Source: Alphaproteobacteria bacterium
GTDB lineage: Bacteria > Pseudomonadota > Alphaproteobacteria > GCA-2731375
Direction of reading: 5' to 3'
Assembly: GCA_965225945.1 (NCBI GenBank)
Contig: CBDDBZ010000031.1
Span: 1-64,000, forward strand
Length of the DNA: 64,000 nt
The notes beneath the pieces were generated by a model that saw only the letters and a list, made by a program, of their open reading frames with translations, did no database searches and had not been told where the DNA came from. Made by a program: the position numbers and the translations under genes. Shown one piece after another: positions 1 to 11,151 of this stretch (positions are counted from its first letter, which is position 1; each line of letters starts with the position of its first letter).

Positions 1-666
1 CGCATGATGAAGGCGGCGCGCCGGTGGCCCGAGCGGTTGGCGTTGGAGCCATGCACCATGTAAACGTCGAAGATCGCCATCTGGCCGGCTTCCAGCGTCA
101 GGTCGCGGGCCTCGGCCTCGTCGAACTCGCTTCCGTCCAGGGCCAGCTCCAGCAGCACTTCGGTCTGATCGGTCGGCACGTGGCGGCCGGTCCTGCCCAT
201 CCTGTGGGAACCCGGAATGTAGCGCAGACAGCCATTCTCGAGCGTGCTGTCGTCGAGGGCGAGCCAGACCGTGGTGTTGGCGAGCGGGCGGATCGGCCAG
301 AACTCGCCGTCTCGATGCCAGGGAATCGTCTTGCCCGATCCCGCCGGCTTGCCGAAGATCGTCGTGCCCCAGAGCAGGAAGTCGGGGGCCGATGCATTGC
401 GCCACCATGTCGAGGATCGGCTCGAGGCGGGCGAAGTCCATCCATTCCTCGTCGCCGACGGTGCCCTGCGCCACGCCCCGGCGGAGGTGCGGCGTGAACA
501 TCTGATCGCGCGGCACGTCGGGGTTCTCGGCGAGGAAGCGGTCGAGCATATCGCACATGCGGGCCAGCATAGCGTCGGGCAGCCGGTAGCTCGGCACCAC
601 CAGGCCCTCGTCCCGGTAACGGGCGACTTCCTCCGCGCTCAACACGTTGGAACCGCTGTTCGTCAT
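1..666 (-). pseudogene. Phytanoyl-CoA dioxygenase (PhyH) family protein, frameshifted, runs off the window edge
   Basis: ATG at 666 gives MTNSGSNVLSAEEVARYRDEG...CIGP. After one extra base in the G5 run at 384-388 it continues DFLLWGTTIFGKP..WHRDGEFWP..ENGCLRYIPGSH..HGSNANRS..R, which carries the PhyH HxD...H motifs. Confidence 0.8.
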
Positions 667-692
667 CTTATCGACTCCCGGCGCGCAGTTTA

Positions 693-1094
693 TCATGCAT
701 CGAGCTGGCGGCGCAGGTCCTCGAGGTCGCCGAGGACCCAAAGCTCGGCGATCCGCCCCTCGGCGAGGGCGAAGAACGCCGCGCCCGCCCAGGTGACCTG
801 GCGGCCCGTGGCCGCGACGCCTTGAAAGACCTCGCGGTGAACGCCGGTGAAGTGCATCCGTGCCGCCGCCCGATCTCCCTCCACCAACAATTCGTCGATG
901 ATGCACCGGTAGTGGCCAAGGGCGCGATGGACGCCGCGCATATAGTCGATGAAACTGTCCGCTCCCGTCCGCGTCTGGCCGAGCGAGCCGCGAAATCGGA
1001 AGTCGGGACTCAGGATCTCGCGCGCCAGCCTCTCGTCGGCCCGGTTCCAGACCTCGACATAGAATTGCTCGACCAATTCGCGGGGCGTCGTCAC
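693..1094 (-). CDS. SnoaL-like ester cyclase family protein
   Basis: GTG start at 1094. The sequence LVEQFYVEVWN...FTGVH..F.GV.ATGR.V.W is typical of the SnoaL/NTF2-like family. Confidence 0.8.
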   Translation of the reverse strand: MTTPRELVEQFYVEVWNRADERLAREILSPDFRFRGSLGQTRTGADSFIDYMRGVHRALGHYRCIIDELLVEGDRAAARMHFTGVHREVFQGVAATGRQVTWAGAAFFALAEGRIAELWVLGDLEDLRRQLDA

Positions 1095-1319
1095 GGCGTC
1101 ACCAGGCCCTTGAGCGGGCAGCCTCGAAAAGCGCCGGCAGAGCCGCCTTCCGGACCTTGCCAGTGCTGGTCGGCGGCAAGCGGTTCGTTCAGCAAGGCCG
1201 GTACGGTCCGGCTCGGGGGTTTCCGCATGGCTCTCGCATCTCCCGTCGGCGTCGTCCACGGGAGGGGAGGTTACATGGCTTCGCCGAGCGCTGGCGAGCC
1301 CGGTGCAAAGGCACGGCCC

Positions 1320-1830
1320 TCAGGTGGCCACGGCGGAGAAATCCCGCTGACCGAAGGTGCCGAAGATGTAGCCGGCGCCGTCCGGCGTCGATCTCGTCGA
1401 GCGTGCCGGCATGAAGACCGAGCGAAACCGAATTTCGCACCCGTTCCGGCGGCGATAATCGCCCCTCGCAAGCAACCGGTCGACTTTCGGTGCGCGCGTG
1501 CTGGATCGCTTGCTTGATCTTGCGGATAATTTCGCGAGGTATCGCCTCGCCGAGCGTGAGTCCCACCGGATTGTCGGGGAACGCCATTCGGACGGCATCG
1601 CCACAGAGCACGAACACCGATAGCTCGACCATTTCGTCTTCACGCAGCAGGAAGCTCACGTCCTCGAGTTCGGCGTTCCGCCCGAGATCGAGATCCGCGA
1701 GGGAGGGCACATCGTCGCCTTCGGCCTTGACGCGGCTCCAATGATCCTGGACGCGCCAACCGGCCCGCCGCTCGTTCGGGAGTTTGACGACACCATGGGG
1801 AGAATCCGGACCAGCCGATGCATGGGACAT
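1320..1830 (-). pseudogene. PAS-like domain protein, frameshifted
   Basis: The N-terminal frame (MSHASAG..HWSRVK..VPSLADLDL..) joins the C-terminal frame (DYRRRNGCEIRFRSVFMP..GYIFGTF) if one base is removed from the C4 run at 1462-1465. Confidence 0.55.
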
Positions 1831-1911
1831 GGACACGCGAACCTCTGGCGATAACATGGCGAACCGCGCGATCCTTAAGAGCCTCAACCCACTTATAATC
1901 GTTGGTCCATC

Positions 1912-1927
1912 GTTAATATATACTTAA
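1912..1927 (-). promoter_or_regulatory. CtrA binding site
   Basis: Minus strand reads TTAA-GTATATA-TTAAC, an exact match to TTAA-N7-TTAAC, ~80 bp upstream of the PAS-like gene. Confidence 0.6.
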
Positions 1928-2019
1928 TACGAAACCGAAAACAAGATCTCCACGCGCGGCCTTTCGAAGAATCGGACGAAGTGCATGTCATGCGGGCGAG
2001 GGGGGACGAAGTCGCGGCC

Positions 2020-2418
2020 ATGGCGAGGGCGGTGGACGAAACGCGGCTCTGGACGACGTTGATGGAGATGGCGAGGGATCCGGACGATGCCGTGCGTTTC
2101 ACCGTCGGGCGCCTCGACGTCAGCCCCAATTCAGCCAATGGCGTTCCCAATCGCGTGCGCTTCTCGATCGATCTCCGCCATCGCGATGCCGAGAGGCTGA
2201 TAGGTCTGGGCGATGCGATCGCGCCGCTCGTCGACAAAACCGTCGCACCCGCATTCCATGATGCCGCCTTCTACGCCGAGCATTGCCCCACGGCGATGGT
2301 CTTCGTGCCCTGCGAGCGCGGCGTCAGTCACCATCGGAGCGAAAACGCGAAGCCCGGCGAACTCGCCACCGGGGTCAGGGTCGTGGCGATGGCCCTCCTC
2401 GCCGCCGCCGAGGTCTGA
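2020..2418 (+). pseudogene. M20-family Zn amidohydrolase (hydantoinase/carbamoylase type), internally deleted remnant
   Basis: The N-terminal motif RLWTTLMEMAR is fused directly to RFTVGR..PNSANGVP.RVRFSIDLRH and then to AFHDA..PTAMVFVPC..GVSH. The ORF is 132 aa versus roughly 400 aa for the family. Confidence 0.75.
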
Positions 2419-2688
2419 AATTCCGACTCGAACACGGCGTGGCGGGCGTTCGCCGCCCGCGCCCGGCTCGGCGGCTGGACCGGTTACCAAGGTAAGCCCG
2501 GACCCGTGGTCATGCTCCGAGGCTTGTACCAATTCAGAGCCATACGTCACGGCCGGGGCCTCGCACGATATGTGTGGATCTCGTAGCCAACCACCGCGAG
2601 GGTACGCTCCCATGGGTGGCTTGGCCGGGGGAGCGGGTGGCCCGGCAATTCGGTTTTAACCTGAAGCGCTCTAAGTTCTGGAAGTCGT

Positions 2689-2733
2689 TGGAGGCGCGGA
2701 CCGGATTCGAACCGGTGTGAACGGATTTGCAGT
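2689..2733 (-). other. 3' half of tRNA-Cys(GCA), probable att-site duplicate
   Basis: Minus strand ACTGCAAATCCGTTCACACCGGTTCGAATCCGGTCCGCGCCTCCA covers the anticodon loop, T arm and CCA. The 5' half is absent. Confidence 0.8.
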
Positions 2734-3537
2734 TTCAAATTGCCAGTTTTCCAAGCCTTTGACGCGTAAGAGATTTTTGGATCGCTGGCGCTCGACCCTA
2801 TATTTTTCAAAGTATTGACTGTCATTTTAAGAAGACGCTTGCAGTCATAGGGCGACACTGGTACCTTATTTTCCTGTTGACATAAATTTGACGGGAGAGT
2901 GTGTACGGATGACGAGCGAGCGACAACCCAACCTCCAGCCGGGGACCATGAGGGACAAGGCCGCGACGGCGGTTCCTATCCCGGCGACAGGCCAACGAAT
3001 TTATTTCTGGCAAGAGGATCTGGGCGGGTTCGTATGTATGATTTTATACCATTGATTTAATTGATAATTTATATGTTATCATTTCTCCCGTAAGCGAAAC
3101 GCAAGCGAATTCAGTCAAACTCCAGCGCTTGCGGGCGCATCTCTGACGTAGCTCCCGCCCGCCCCTCTTGAAGATACCTCGGCGGCCCACCGGGGGTTGC
3201 GGAAGCAGGCCGGGATCGAGGGGGTACACGAATTCACGATCTGAGACACACTTGTGCCGCACCACCGTATCTTCTAGCTGCATAAATTATCGTAAACCAT
3301 TGTAATTACGTTTCTTTTACTTTCCTCTCTCGTCGGCCAGATTTCGCCAATTTCCAATCCGTGTACAAGCGGTCAGCGGATTGGAGTCAATGCGTGTCGT
3401 GACAGGTCCGTCTGAAACTATGATTCGCCGGCTCACCGGCCTTCACCAGTAACGATTCGATCGTCGCGGGAGGTCGTCGCCAAGGCGGACGGAGTTTCCT
3501 TGTGTATCGCACCCGGTTCCTTGGACACAAGTTTGTC

Positions 3538-4449
3538 TCATGCGGCGGGCCTGAGTGACATCGCGGTGTGCCACGCCTGACGAGCTTGAGCGGGGCTCAG
3601 GTAGCCGTTCTTCTCCACGATCCACTGGGCATTGTACTGTTCGACGAACCCGCGGACGGCGTTCCGCAGCTCCGCGATGTTGCGGTAGATGCGGCCATGG
3701 ATGATCTGTTCCTTGAGCGTGCGATTGAACCTCTCGGCGACGCCGTTGGTCTGGGGCTGTTCGACGAAGGCGTAGGACGGCTGGATGCCCCAGAACTTGA
3801 TCTGGTTGGTGAAGTGGTCCGACAGATACTGGGAGCCGTGATCCATCCGCAAGGCCAGCCCCCGCGCCGCACCGGCGGAGGTCGAGGCATACAGCCTCGC
3901 AAGCCCCATGGAGATTGGCTGAAGGGCGGCGAAGCGGTCGCCTCGCTTGCACACATGCCAGCCGACGCACTCGGCGTTCCAATGCTCGATGGCGGTGAAT
4001 ATCCAGCCCCAGCCGTCGTCCACCGTGAACACCCGAACGCCGTCCGTGCCCCACATGAGGTTGGGGGCATGGGTGATGATCTCACCGACATGGGGATTTC
4101 CGCCACGGCGGCGGCAGCGATGGGGCGAGAGCAGGTTGTTCTCGCGCATCACCCGGAGCACCCGCTTGCGGGAAACACGGATGCCACGACAGACCCGAAG
4201 CCGAGCCCAGACCTTGCGGTGTCCCTCGCCCTCCCAGGGGGATGCCTCCAGGTCGGCCTCGATGGCCACCAGCAGAGCCTCGTCCGAGATCGAGGGCTTC
4301 GGTCCCCGGCGCTTTGCTGGTGGGCGCTCAGCGGTGGCCTGCTGCCGGGATTTCATGGCGTAGAACGAGGAACGGGCAAAACCCCAGGCCGCACAGACCC
4401 GCTGGAGGCCGTAGGCCAAACCCGTGCCGGGAGAGGTGGCGGCACTCAT
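3538..4449 (-). CDS. IS3-like transposase OrfB (rve/DDE)
   Basis: DDE motifs: WGTD...DHGSQY...NGVAERFNRTLKE. Confidence 0.9.
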   Translation of the reverse strand: MSAATSPGTGLAYGLQRVCAAWGFARSSFYAMKSRQQATAERPPAKRRGPKPSISDEALLVAIEADLEASPWEGEGHRKVWARLRVCRGIRVSRKRVLRVMRENNLLSPHRCRRRGGNPHVGEIITHAPNLMWGTDGVRVFTVDDGWGWIFTAIEHWNAECVGWHVCKRGDRFAALQPISMGLARLYASTSAGAARGLALRMDHGSQYLSDHFTNQIKFWGIQPSYAFVEQPQTNGVAERFNRTLKEQIIHGRIYRNIAELRNAVRGFVEQYNAQWIVEKNGYLSPAQARQAWHTAMSLRPAA

Positions 4450-4856
4450 CGCCGCGACCTCCGCCGCCCCAAAGGGCCGGACGTCTCCGTCTTGGCCTCC
4501 AGCAGTTCCACCTGCATGATCAACTCCCCGATCCGCTTCATGGCGATGTCCAGTTCCGCCTTTACCGGATCGCCCTTGCGTTCCTTGAGCGAGGCATCGA
4601 TCCCGGCGATCGCCTTCTCACGCCACTGCTCGAGCCGGAAAATCTCCACGCCCAACTGCCGCGACAAAAGTTCCACCGGCTCGCCACGCAAAAGCCGCAG
4701 GGCAACCTCACGCTTGCGCGTCACCGTCCACCGCTGGCCAAGTCCCAGCGGGCCTGCCGGCGAAACCTGGCCCGGGGAAAACGTGGACGAGCCAAGCTCG
4801 CCCTCGTTTACCACAGGCCCATCAACAGCAACTTTGTTCTCAAAATTGTCGGTCAT
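4446..4856 (-). CDS. IS3-like OrfA (HTH)
   Basis: RWTVTRKREVALRLLRGE...LSRQLGV. Overlaps orfB by ATGA. Confidence 0.8.
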   Translation of the reverse strand: MTDNFENKVAVDGPVVNEGELGSSTFSPGQVSPAGPLGLGQRWTVTRKREVALRLLRGEPVELLSRQLGVEIFRLEQWREKAIAGIDASLKERKGDPVKAELDIAMKRIGELIMQVELLEAKTETSGPLGRRRSRR

Positions 4857-4922
4857 GTTCCGGTCCTCCTTGGACACTTCGATTAAGCCAATTCTGTGTC
4901 CAAGGAAATCGGGTCCGACTCA

Positions 4923-5378
4923 GAACCACCTGTTGATGGCACGAGGCGCAGTTGAACAGGCGGGCGGTGTTCTTCATCGCGCAGCCGATGAGAACGGGGT
5001 GGACCCACGCCCAAACCCGCACGATACTGCGCATATGGGTCGTGCCTTGCATGGCTCGGGGGGTGCGGTGCCGGTCGTTGCCAGCAAGCAAACGGGGCCG
5101 GCGCCGCATCGTTCTCAGCGGCCCGAGTGTACTCCCGCGGCTCCCCTTGTCAGGTCCGCGGAACCGCCGCCGCCAGCCAGCCAAAACAGGAATCGAGACG
5201 CCCGCCCGCGGTGGATAAGCAGCCCGCCGCCGCCAGACTCTTGGCGGTCGCCGCGGCGGGCTACTTACCCACCGCTGCGCCGAGCCAACTCCCGCCTGCA
5301 AACCACGCAGCTACAGCGCCACGATGCCCGATGTCGCTGAAATCACCATCTAAGCGCGGTTTTTCATCGCCACCGACA
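4923..5378 (-). mobile_element. IS21-like element end remnant, inserted in the IS91 transposase and cut off by the IS3-like element
   Basis: The minus strand starts TGTCGGTGGCGATGAAAAA exactly where IS91 homology stops. It ends in a truncated Cys-rich ORF start, MKNTARLFNCASCHQQVV. Confidence 0.45.
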
Positions 5379-5629
5379 GCCAGCCATTCGCGCGCGACCT
5401 GGCCTTGGCATTTGGGACAATGGCGGTTGCGACAGGAATTGTAGGCGATGTGGTTCTGCCCGCAGTCCTCGCAGGCCGCGACATGACCGCCGAGCGCGGC
5501 GGTGCGGCAACACTCGATCGCCGACATGACCTTCAGTTGGCCGAGGCTCAGACGACCGGCCCGGGCCCGACGGAAGCCGGGCCCGTGGTCGCGGAAGATG
5601 TCCTGGACCTCGAGCGCGGGACGCGGCAC
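5379..5629 (-). pseudogene. IS91-family (Y2) transposase N-terminal Zn-binding fragment
   Basis: CRTAALGGH..C..C....AYNSCRNRHCPKCQ motif. Truncated after EWLA. Confidence 0.85.
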
Positions 5630-5642
5630 CGAGGCCGCCGGC

Positions 5643-6542
5643 TCACTTCGGCGGCTTGGTCTTGGGCGTCGGCGGCTCGAGCAGGTCCAGTGGGCTCTTG
5701 GCGCGCCGCAAGGTGGTGCTGGCGACCTGGGTGTAGTGAGCCGTGGTCTCCAGCTTCTTGTGCCCCAGTAGAACCTGGATCACGCGGATGTCGACGCCCT
5801 GTTCGAGGAGATGGGTGGCGAAGCAGTGGCGCAGCGTGTGAAGCGAGATCCGCTTCTCGATCCCCGCCCCCGCCTTGGCGCCATCGAGGGCGCGACGGAG
5901 CTGGCGGGTGGTCAACGGGTTGACCGGGTTCTGGCCTGGAAACAGCCAACCGCCGGGCAGCATCACGCCGCGGGCGCGGCCAAGCAACCACCAGACCCTG
6001 AGCTGCTCGACGGCGCGATCCGAGAGCATGGCGTAGCGATCTCGGCGGCCCTTACCTTGCTCGATGCGAAGCGTCTTGCGGTTGCTGTCGATGTCCGGGA
6101 CCTTGAGATGGACCACCTCCGAAGCGCGCAGGCCGGCGCCATAGGCCAGCGAAAAGGCCGCCTTGTATTTGGGACCGGGGGCGGCATCGAGAAGCCGCGC
6201 CATTTCCTCGACGCTCAGGATCACCGGCAGCTTGCGCGGCATTGCCACCGTCGTCATGCCGATCTCGGCGTCGCCTCGGCCGAGCGTGACGCCGAAGAAG
6301 AACCGCAATGCCGAGACCGCCGCGTTCATCGTCGTCGCCGATGCGCCTGCTTTGCGCATATGCACTTGATAGCGCCTGAGATCCTCCGCCTCCGCCCGAT
6401 CCGGAGAGCGTGCGAGAAAGTCGGAAAAGCCGGCCACCGCACTGATGTAGCCGCGCTGCGTGTTGGCACTGAAGCCGCGAAGCACCATGTCGTCGATCAT
6501 GCGCTGGCGCAGCGGGCTGATGGTCTTGTCACTATCGGTCAT
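5643..6542 (-). CDS. Tyrosine recombinase/integrase associated with an IS91-like element
   Basis: Intact catalytic set: GLRASE, GKG, HTLRH, LLGH, TAHYT. SAM-like N-terminus LRQRMIDDM..RG. Confidence 0.9.
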   Translation of the reverse strand: MTDSDKTISPLRQRMIDDMVLRGFSANTQRGYISAVAGFSDFLARSPDRAEAEDLRRYQVHMRKAGASATTMNAAVSALRFFFGVTLGRGDAEIGMTTVAMPRKLPVILSVEEMARLLDAAPGPKYKAAFSLAYGAGLRASEVVHLKVPDIDSNRKTLRIEQGKGRRDRYAMLSDRAVEQLRVWWLLGRARGVMLPGGWLFPGQNPVNPLTTRQLRRALDGAKAGAGIEKRISLHTLRHCFATHLLEQGVDIRVIQVLLGHKKLETTAHYTQVASTTLRRAKSPLDLLEPPTPKTKPPK

Positions 6543-6859
6543 GGGTCTGCTCCCGTGTTGCGTGAGCTTCGGAACTCCAAACCTCAACACAGGATCGACC
6601 CATCCGTTACGCCACCGACCTCACCGCCCGGCACCACGAACTACCGCTGAAAGCGGTTTCGTTCGTTGGGCCATTGAGGCCCCGCGAGCCCATGCGAGCG
6701 AAGCCAAGCGCCCGGATGGGCGCGCCCGGCGTCTGAGGGAACAAGAAGAATCCGGGGCCATCGCGTTCACGCGATTGCCCTGCCGCGAGGGGGCGATTGT
6801 CTCGCCGCGCCGCCGCCCCTAAACTTCTCGCCGACCACCAACCGGAGGAGATGCGAGCG

Positions 6860-7923
<1,064 letters not shown>

Positions 7924-8005
7924 AAGGCAGCCGAGGGCGCCCTCGCCGCCTCGCGCGCCCCGCTGCCATGATCGAGCGCGCCCGGCCGGGCGTGGGGAGA
8001 GTGAA

Positions 8006-9205
8006 ATGCAACGCAGCACGAAGCGCATTCTGACGACGCATGTGGGCAGCCTGCCCAGGCCCGCCGATCTGGTGGCGCTGATCCGCGACAGGCTCGCCGG
8101 CCGGGCGGTCGACGAGGCCGCCTTCGAGGCCCGGGTCGAGAGCGCGGTGGCCGAGACCATTCGCCTCCAGGCCGAGCGCGGGATCGACGTCGTCAGCGAC
8201 GGCGAGATGGGCCGCATCGGCTTCATCCCCTACATCAACGAGAGACTGCGGGGCTTCGAACCCAATACAGGGCCCTCCTACGTCCCCGGTGGCAGCTATT
8301 GGGGCCAATCGCGCGAGGTGAAGGCCTTTCCCGGGTTCTACGAATGGGCCGCCAAGCTGCCGGGAACGGCCGGCGACGTCGGTCCCACGCGCTGGGTCTG
8401 CACCGGGCCGATTTCCTACCAGGGCCAGGCGGCGATCCAAGCCGACATCGCGCGGCTGCGCCGCGCGCTCGACGGCGTCGACGGGCAAGAGGCCTTCATC
8501 CCCGCGATCTCCCCCGCCAACATCGAGGACTGGCACTCGAACGAGCATTACGGCAGCCAGGAAGACTATCTGGCGGCGATCGTCGAGGCCTTGCGCGAGG
8601 AGTATCTCGCCATCGTCGAGGCCGGCTTCCTGCTGCAGATCGACGATCCGCTGCTGGCGACCTATTACGTGCTGCACTCGGAGCTCTCGGTCGCCGAATG
8701 CCGGGCCTGGGCGGAGCGCCGGGTCGAGGCCCTGAATTACGGCTTGCGCGGCATCCCGCAGGAGAGGATCCGCTACCACACCTGCTATTCCATCAACATG
8801 GGTCCCCGGGTCCACGACATGGAGCTGAAGGACATCATCGACATCATGGTGAAGGTCAACGCCGGGGCCTATTCCTTCGAGGCGGCGAACCCCCGCCACG
8901 AGCACGAATGGCGGCTTTGGGCCGAGGTCGACCTGCCGGAGGGCAAATCGCTGGTGCCGGGCGTGATCACCCACAGCTCCGTGCTGGTGGAGCATCCCGA
9001 GACCATCGCCGAGCGGCTGGAGCGCTTCGCCCAGGTGGTCGGCGCCGAGAACGTCATCGCCGGCGCCGACTGCGGCTTCGCCAGCTTCGCCACCACCTTC
9101 GAATGCCATCCCGAGGTGGTCTGGGCCAAGCTCGCCGCGCTTGGCCAGGGTGCCGCCATCGCCTCGAAGCGGCTCTGGTCCGGCCGAGGCCGGCCGGCCG
9201 AATGA
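8006..9205 (+). CDS. Cobalamin-independent methionine synthase II / core MetE-like family protein
   Basis: TTHVGSLPRP, SDGE, HTC (Zn), NPRHEHEW, PGVI..H and DCGF motifs. Confidence 0.85.
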   Translation: MQRSTKRILTTHVGSLPRPADLVALIRDRLAGRAVDEAAFEARVESAVAETIRLQAERGIDVVSDGEMGRIGFIPYINERLRGFEPNTGPSYVPGGSYWGQSREVKAFPGFYEWAAKLPGTAGDVGPTRWVCTGPISYQGQAAIQADIARLRRALDGVDGQEAFIPAISPANIEDWHSNEHYGSQEDYLAAIVEALREEYLAIVEAGFLLQIDDPLLATYYVLHSELSVAECRAWAERRVEALNYGLRGIPQERIRYHTCYSINMGPRVHDMELKDIIDIMVKVNAGAYSFEAANPRHEHEWRLWAEVDLPEGKSLVPGVITHSSVLVEHPETIAERLERFAQVVGAENVIAGADCGFASFATTFECHPEVVWAKLAALGQGAAIASKRLWSGRGRPAE

Positions 9206-9283
9206 GCTTTTCACGGACCCCTCTCGGCTACTTGAAAGCAAGTGTCTTCGCCCCTCCCATCTCGTGACCGAGACTTAATGTTA

Positions 9284-10308
9284 GGCTCAATTCGTGAATT
9301 GTATGCGTCACCTTGTTACGGCGGCGGCGAGGCAGGCTCGGTCATTGGCGCCGGGGGCGAGGCCGACGAGGTGGAACCAGCTCAGGTAGTTGTCCAGATA
9401 GCGGGTGGCGATGCCGCGGCGGGGACGCAGGAAGTCCTTCAACCGGCTGTGGCGGCTGTTCACCGTCTGCACATGCAGATCGCCCCGAACCCGTTCCCCC
9501 ATCGAGCGGTTGAGTGCTTCGTGGCTCACCCCGAGCGCGGCGGCGCACCGTGGGTAGCTCGCGCCGCCGTCGGAGACCAGCAGGGCGTCCTTCGCGACCA
9601 CCGGGTCGAGGGCAGCCGTGAGCGCCGCCGCATCGACCCTGGGCAGCACCGCGCTGACCGTCGTTCCGCTCCGGTCCGCCGCCATGAGAACCGGTACCTG
9701 CTCGCGCGAGAGGCCGCGCTTCTTCGCCTTGCCGCCCCGCCGCCGTGCCTTGCGCCCCAGCCCGCGCGCGCCCTTCCGGCTCTCCAGGACGTAGGTCTCG
9801 TCCGCTTCCACGATCCCCTTGAGCACCTCCGAATCGCTCCGCGCCGCCGCCAGAAACCGGTGACGCCAGCGGAACGCCGTGCTCACCGCCACGTCGCAGC
9901 GCGCCGCCGAGGCCTTCACCGTCTCCCCCTTCGCCAGCGACGCCCCGAACGACAGCCAGCGTTCCTTGTGGTGCAAGCCCGACAGCGGCGTACCGCTCAG
10001 CGCGTTGAAGGTCCTGCCGCAGCCCTTGCACTGGTAGCGCCGCAGACCCCGCGCCATACCGCGCGAAACCGCCCCTTCGCTCGCGCAGTGCGGACAGCGC
10101 CGGGCCTCGTCCACACCAAGCTCGATCGCGGCCTTCGATGCCTCGCCCTCGCTCCGGCCCGACAGCACCGCGAGCGCCTCGCGCCGCTGCGCGCGCGTCA
10201 GCCCGCGCGCCGCCGAAAGCCACACCTGGAAACCCTTGCCGTCCATAACCCAACCTCCTGACGTTCCAGGCACTCTATCACTAATGCATACAATTCACGA
10301 ATTGAGCC
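9284..10308 (-). mobile_element. IS1595-family element type A, copy 1 (1025 bp); transposase 9308-10246
   Basis: 23-bp perfect IR GGCTCAATTCGTGAATTGTATGC, 8-bp TSD TAATGTTA, CPHC..C..C Zn ribbon, EADETY, SDG, NSRHS. Confidence 0.93.
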
Positions 10309-10316
10309 TAATGTTA

Positions 10317-10389
10317 AGCGTTGTCGGACACCTGCCGAGGCGCAGGGGTTGCATCCGGCGGACTGGATCGGCAGGTGTCGGACAACGCT
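10317..10389. repeat. Hairpin palindrome at the terminus of the IS91-like element (second copy at 11416-11488)
   Basis: 22-bp arms with one mismatch: AGCGTTGTCGGACACCTGCCGA...TCGGCAGGTGTCGGACAACGCT. Confidence 0.8.
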
Positions 10390-10394
10390 CAAGG

Positions 10395-11149
10395 CTTGCC
10401 TATCCGGTTATCACCCACACCCACTATATGTAGTGTGCACCCATTTTCCTGAGTAAAGCTCGGTGCAGGTCGAAGCGGAGATATTTCCGGCGATGCCGAG
10501 CAGGGACTCGGACGGCATTGTAGCGCCTTTTAGGCGACACTTTAGCGTGGTGGAAATCCTAATCATTGAGTCGGATTTGGCAAAACGCCACGTTGCATAA
10601 AGGACCGTCACTTCATTGAAATTTATCTGAAATCGGAGGTGAACGACACCGATGGAATATTCCAGGAAATCAGAGCTTCATTGAATTGTAGGATTCGAGT
10701 GCCGGATTATTCACAAATAGCTCTGTGAACTGGTTTTCAAGTTCGCTCAATACGTCATATGAAGTAAACGGATTGAGGATCACGTTCTTGCGTGTCGCTT
10801 CGTCTTCGCTGCGACTCAAAACGCGCAGGAGACTAACAGGCGCGGACGGGTTCTTCGCAACGATTCGTGCCAGCGCGTCGCTTTCTTCGACTAGTGCCGT
10901 CAATCGCTCAGACGATGTCGTTTCATCAGCAGCTTCCCGTCTGGCCGTGGGTTTCTTCGTTTTTCCCTTGGTCGCCACCGTTCCGTCCCCCGATGTTAAG
11001 TACGTGACGTGAATTAAACTCCGGTTCGGTTTTCAGAACAATCAAGAATTAGCCGGATCGCCTCCTCAATGCGCCTGCGCCGGCCCTTGCCTGCAGTCCA
11101 AGGAGACACACTACATATAGTGGGTGTGGGTGATAACCGGATAGGCAAG
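10395..11149. mobile_element. Non-autonomous IS1595-type mobile cassette with passenger gene
   Basis: 43-bp perfect terminal IRs (10395-10437, 11107-11149). 8-bp flanking duplication GCTCAAGG/GATCAAGG. The empty site is visible at 11486-11493. No transposase. Confidence 0.8.
10670..10978 (-). CDS. Small variant-leucine-rich-repeat-like helical protein (passenger gene)
   Basis: LARIVAKNPSAPVSLL..LS.SED..TRKNV..NP.T..DVL pattern. Lower GC than the host genes. Confidence 0.55.
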   Translation of the reverse strand: MATKGKTKKPTARREAADETTSSERLTALVEESDALARIVAKNPSAPVSLLRVLSRSEDEATRKNVILNPFTSYDVLSELENQFTELFVNNPALESYNSMKL

Positions 11150-11151
11150 GA

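Larger units (their letters stand above)
3503..4922 (-). mobile_element. IS3-like insertion sequence, copy A (1420 bp), no target duplication
   Basis: Imperfect terminal IRs TGTATCGCACCCGGTTCCTTGGACACA / TGAGTCGGACCCGATTTCCTTGGACACA. Near-identical to 15803-17222. Confidence 0.9.

Noticed and set aside
2740-3500. Short ORFs beside the tRNA-Cys fragment
   Set aside because: No motifs and atypical composition. Treated as degraded island flank.
10395-11149. Invertible (phase-variable) segment
   Set aside because: The 8-bp flank duplication and the visible empty site fit an insertion better.
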